Assembly: GCA_963422365.1 (NCBI GenBank) | Contig: OY729426.1 | Span: 448,001-512,000, forward strand | DNA: 64,000 nucleotides | Direction of reading: 5' to 3' | Origin: Nitrospirales bacterium | GTDB taxonomy: Bacteria > Nitrospirota > Nitrospiria > Nitrospirales > UBA8639 | In this document: positions 61,028 through 64,000 of the stretch, in pieces | Layout of the letters: each line of letters begins with the position of its first letter | Numbering within the stretch: the stretch's first letter is position 1 | Position numbers and translations under genes: made by a program | Notes under the pieces: model-generated | What the model was told of the DNA's origin: nothing | Database searches by the model: none | What the model saw: only the letters and a program-made list of their open reading frames with translations

Positions 61028-62449
61028 GTGGACCGAATCAGCGAGAGCCGTCACCATCAAACCCTTATGAGTCTTGAACCGCCAGCCTCAACGCACGAGT
61101 TCTTGCGGCACATCCATGATCCTTCCCAAAAAAAATATTTGGAAGAATGGCTGGACGTGCCCGCTCACATTCACCATGCGGCCTATCTCATGGCCGACCC
61201 TCCATTGGATCGCCCGCAAAGCCGGCAAGAATTTCAACAACTTCTCCAGTGCTTGGAGATTACCGAAGAGCACACGGTCATTCATGAAAAGTTCGGCTAT
61301 GGCACCAAACTCGCACCGAACGGCGATCGGTTGCTTCTCACGTGGGAAACCCACACCGAGTACTATAGTTACCAAGTGTGGCACATGCCCGACGATAAAT
61401 TGCAACCACTTGGATTCGGGCCACTCGCGTTTCCCGACTATGCCATGCCCTTCTCGCCGTTGGGTAGTGAAGTCAACGCATTGGATATCCTGATCCTACC
61501 GCACACTAACCTGACGGTGAAAGAAGTGAAAAACGCCATGCCCGGGCCACAGATTTACGGTAACCGCATCTTTGGGCGAGACCTTTCCGTCATGACGACC
61601 TACACGCCTGACGAATATCAGCGGGAACGCTATCTCATCATGTCGCCATCGTATGACGTATTGCTCGGTCAATTGGGCCGCACGATCGATACGCTGGTCG
61701 CCGTCGAAAACTATACCCACTTGCTTCTCCTCCCACTTCAAGCCTTTGCGCAATCCGTGGACCAGGTGCATCACTATGAACAACGCCATTTGGAGCAACG
61801 CGAAATGATTACCGTACAAATAGAAGTCTCCACTCAGGAACAACTCCAGCACTGGCTCACCGTGATGACGCAAGATTTCATGAAAGTCAGTCGCATGGCC
61901 GAATCCATGCGGTACAAGCTTTCCGCTTCCGTGCCGTACGATCGCATCATTCGAGCCAACCTGACGTTACTGCAAGAACGAGCCCTGGAGGGCTGCCGAC
62001 CGATCTCCGAATACGTGGACGGAAAAACCATTGGGGTCGCCGAGGGGTACCAGCAACTCATCCGGCGAATCAATGCACTGGTAAATGATTTTCAAGGATC
62101 CATTGCGGTCATCCACACAAAGGTCGAACTCCAACTGCAAGACCAGAACCTCCAGCTTTTACGCAGCGTGGATAGAACGACGCGCAGCCAAGCGATTCTC
62201 CAGCACACAGTCGAAGGCTTATCGGTCATTGTGATTGCGTATTATCTCAGCGGCCTCGGAAGTTACGCGTTCAAGGCCCTGGAAACACTCGGCTGGCTTG
62301 ACAACCACGATGTGGCGTCGGGCCTGTTCGTGCCCATCTCGTTAGGCGTGGCATTCGGACTCATCGTGCTGGGCCGAACATTCATCTACAAACGCCACGT
62401 CGATGGTGTCGACACCGACCGGACCCCACGAACGCGAACGAGCCACTGA
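61028..62449 (+). CDS. DUF3422 family protein
   Basis: WETHTEYYSY, LGR....L..VENY..L.LL, LQHTVEGLSV..IAYY, two C-terminal TMs; start may be 61067. Confidence 0.82.
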   Translation: MDRISESRHHQTLMSLEPPASTHEFLRHIHDPSQKKYLEEWLDVPAHIHHAAYLMADPPLDRPQSRQEFQQLLQCLEITEEHTVIHEKFGYGTKLAPNGDRLLLTWETHTEYYSYQVWHMPDDKLQPLGFGPLAFPDYAMPFSPLGSEVNALDILILPHTNLTVKEVKNAMPGPQIYGNRIFGRDLSVMTTYTPDEYQRERYLIMSPSYDVLLGQLGRTIDTLVAVENYTHLLLLPLQAFAQSVDQVHHYEQRHLEQREMITVQIEVSTQEQLQHWLTVMTQDFMKVSRMAESMRYKLSASVPYDRIIRANLTLLQERALEGCRPISEYVDGKTIGVAEGYQQLIRRINALVNDFQGSIAVIHTKVELQLQDQNLQLLRSVDRTTRSQAILQHTVEGLSVIVIAYYLSGLGSYAFKALETLGWLDNHDVASGLFVPISLGVAFGLIVLGRTFIYKRHVDGVDTDRTPRTRTSH

Positions 62450-62476
62450 CGACTTTTCAAGAATCACCAAACCGTC

Positions 62477-62848
62477 ATGCGTTCGCCTACCCCCTGTCCC
62501 TCGTCTCCCAATTGTGTGACCTCGACCGGTGACGCCGATCAAGACCATTTTGTCGCTCCCCTGCGCTATCGAGATACACGCGAAGAAGCCCAAGCACGAC
62601 TGTTGACCGTCTTGAACGCCATGCCGCGGACACGGGTTGTGACGGACGAGTCGGGGTATCTGCATGCCGAATGCACCTCGCTCGTGTTTCGCTTTGTTGA
62701 CGACGTGGAATTCTGGTTTGATCAACGCGAATCCCTCGTTCACGTGCGATCCGCCTCCCGCATCGGGCACTCGGACCTCGGGGTCAACCGACGACGGATC
62801 GAACACATTCGAAACCAGTTCTCATTCACGTCCCTTCCAAAGCCGTAG
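62477..62848 (+). CDS. DUF1499 family protein
   Basis: PCPSSPNCV, FRFVDDVEF, VRSASRIGHSDLGVNRRRIE. Confidence 0.9.
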   Translation: MRSPTPCPSSPNCVTSTGDADQDHFVAPLRYRDTREEAQARLLTVLNAMPRTRVVTDESGYLHAECTSLVFRFVDDVEFWFDQRESLVHVRSASRIGHSDLGVNRRRIEHIRNQFSFTSLPKP

Positions 62849-63106
62849 AGGGTCATGCCGTGCCGGTTTACGGAATCGGCACGCACCCGCATTCCCCTGA
62901 GAAATACATGTCGAGATCGAGATTCTCTCCGAATTTCACACAACTCAGAATGAGTGGCATGGCCGCCTTTGGAAGAAGACGGTTCATGCAGGACCCGTCT
63001 ACGTAATCGGCGGAACGGGCAGGACCAAACCATTCATTCTGAATCCCCTCCATCACCACCACATTTTCTTTTGCATCCTCGGATAATTTACGACTCCTTG
63101 ATTCCT

Positions 63107-63126
63107 CTGTAACGCCATCGTAACAA
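63107..63126 (+). promoter_or_regulatory. Pho-box-like direct repeat
   Basis: CTGTAAC-GCCA-TCGTAAC, GTAAC units 11 bp apart, ~90 bp upstream of the porin. Confidence 0.45.
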
Positions 63127-63215
63127 ACATTTTCTAAATTTTGTCCTGCATAAATGACAAGACGCAGGGCGATATTTCCATACGATTGACCATTCATTCG
63201 AGAGGAGATTGTCTT

Positions 63216-64000
63216 ATGAACATTCAGCGATGGATCTTCGCAATCGTGGCACTCGTTGTCATGACGGCCCCCGTGACGTTCCCATCACCAGCAACGGCTG
63301 GGGACGCACTGATTGATATTTTACGGGAAAAAGGCGTCATTACGAAGGAAGATTGGATTCGGCTTAAAGCCGCCGATGAGAAGCAGGAGGCGACAAAAGC
63401 GACAATGAAAAAGGAAGAAAAGAAGAAATCTGGAGTCGAAGTCGGCTGGGGCAAAAAAGGATTTTCCTTGTCGACCCCGGATGGACTATTCCAAACCAAG
63501 ATCCAGTGGCGGTTTCAAGGCCGTTGGACCTATCCTGAACGGTCAGATCCACGCAAGAAAAGTGATTTCGAGGATAACGAAGAAAGTTCCTTCGAGCTGC
63601 GTCGGGTCCGGATGAAGGTCGGAGGCCACGGCTATCAGCCCTGGATCAAATATTACTTCGAAGTGGATTGGCAACCCGGACGTGATTACGACGACGGAGC
63701 GGGCAATGCCGCGACCCGTCTGATCGATTGGCGCATCATGTTGGAAAAATATCCCTGGGCCAAGTTGCGAATCGGGCAATGGAAAATCAACTATAACCGG
63801 GAGCGGGTCGATTCCTCAGGGAAACAGACCATGGTCGAACGTTCGATCATGAATCGCGTCTTTACCATCGACCGACAAATCGGCGCGATGTTGTACGGGC
63901 GCGTGAATCCCGGAACGCCTGTGGACATGAACTATTATCTGGGGGTCTTCTCCGGCGGAGGTCGAGGTCTGGCAAAGAACGACGACGATAACATGATGTA
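63216..64000 (+). CDS. Phosphate-selective porin O/P family, runs off window end
   Basis: Manual translation: signal peptide, LIDILREKGVITKE, FELRRVRMKVGG, LRIGQWK..YNRERVDSSG; SD GAGGAG. Confidence 0.82.
   Translation, partial: MNIQRWIFAIVALVVMTAPVTFPSPATAGDALIDILREKGVITKEDWIRLKAADEKQEATKATMKKEEKKKSGVEVGWGKKGFSLSTPDGLFQTKIQWRFQGRWTYPERSDPRKKSDFEDNEESSFELRRVRMKVGGHGYQPWIKYYFEVDWQPGRDYDDGAGNAATRLIDWRIMLEKYPWAKLRIGQWKINYNRERVDSSGKQTMVERSIMNRVFTIDRQIGAMLYGRVNPGTPVDMNYYLGVFSGGGRGLAKNDDDNMM

Overview
Bacterial chromosomal window, GC roughly 50-55% by eye; gene content and style suggest Nitrospirota (inference). 1-16.4 kb, nearly all minus strand, is an inorganic-carbon / Na+-H+ homeostasis island: NhaD, SulP, DUF2309 (DabA/MpsB, split by a 1-nt frameshift), divergent DUF2294 (MpsC), DegP/HtrA and an mrpE-F-G-B'-B-C-D-nuoL-nuoM run. 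The main finding is a structured leader RNA present three times, before mrpE, dabA and sulP. Each copy is a hairpin with a conserved internal loop (GGY..GURKGGUR..stem..ACAGKACRAGCC) that overlaps and excludes an intrinsic terminator. This is a candidate undescribed attenuator/riboswitch regulon for carbon uptake, and MpsC is a candidate trans-acting factor. The rest contains a sigma-54 two-component system with two sigma-54 promoters, a low-GC ATPase+nuclease pair, three MSHA-like pilus genes, a cytochrome c/cupredoxin cluster, decayed vapBC and hicAB, queA, an ilvB-ilvN-ilvC-psd-pssA-leuA-leuB-asd cluster with a hidden Leu leader-peptide attenuator, bioF, a large STAND/NACHT NTPase with a C-terminal nuclease-like domain, purC and a phosphate-porin start with a Pho-box-like site. 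No rRNA, tRNA, CRISPR array or intact transposase was recognised. All family calls come from reading motifs by eye, not from database searches.
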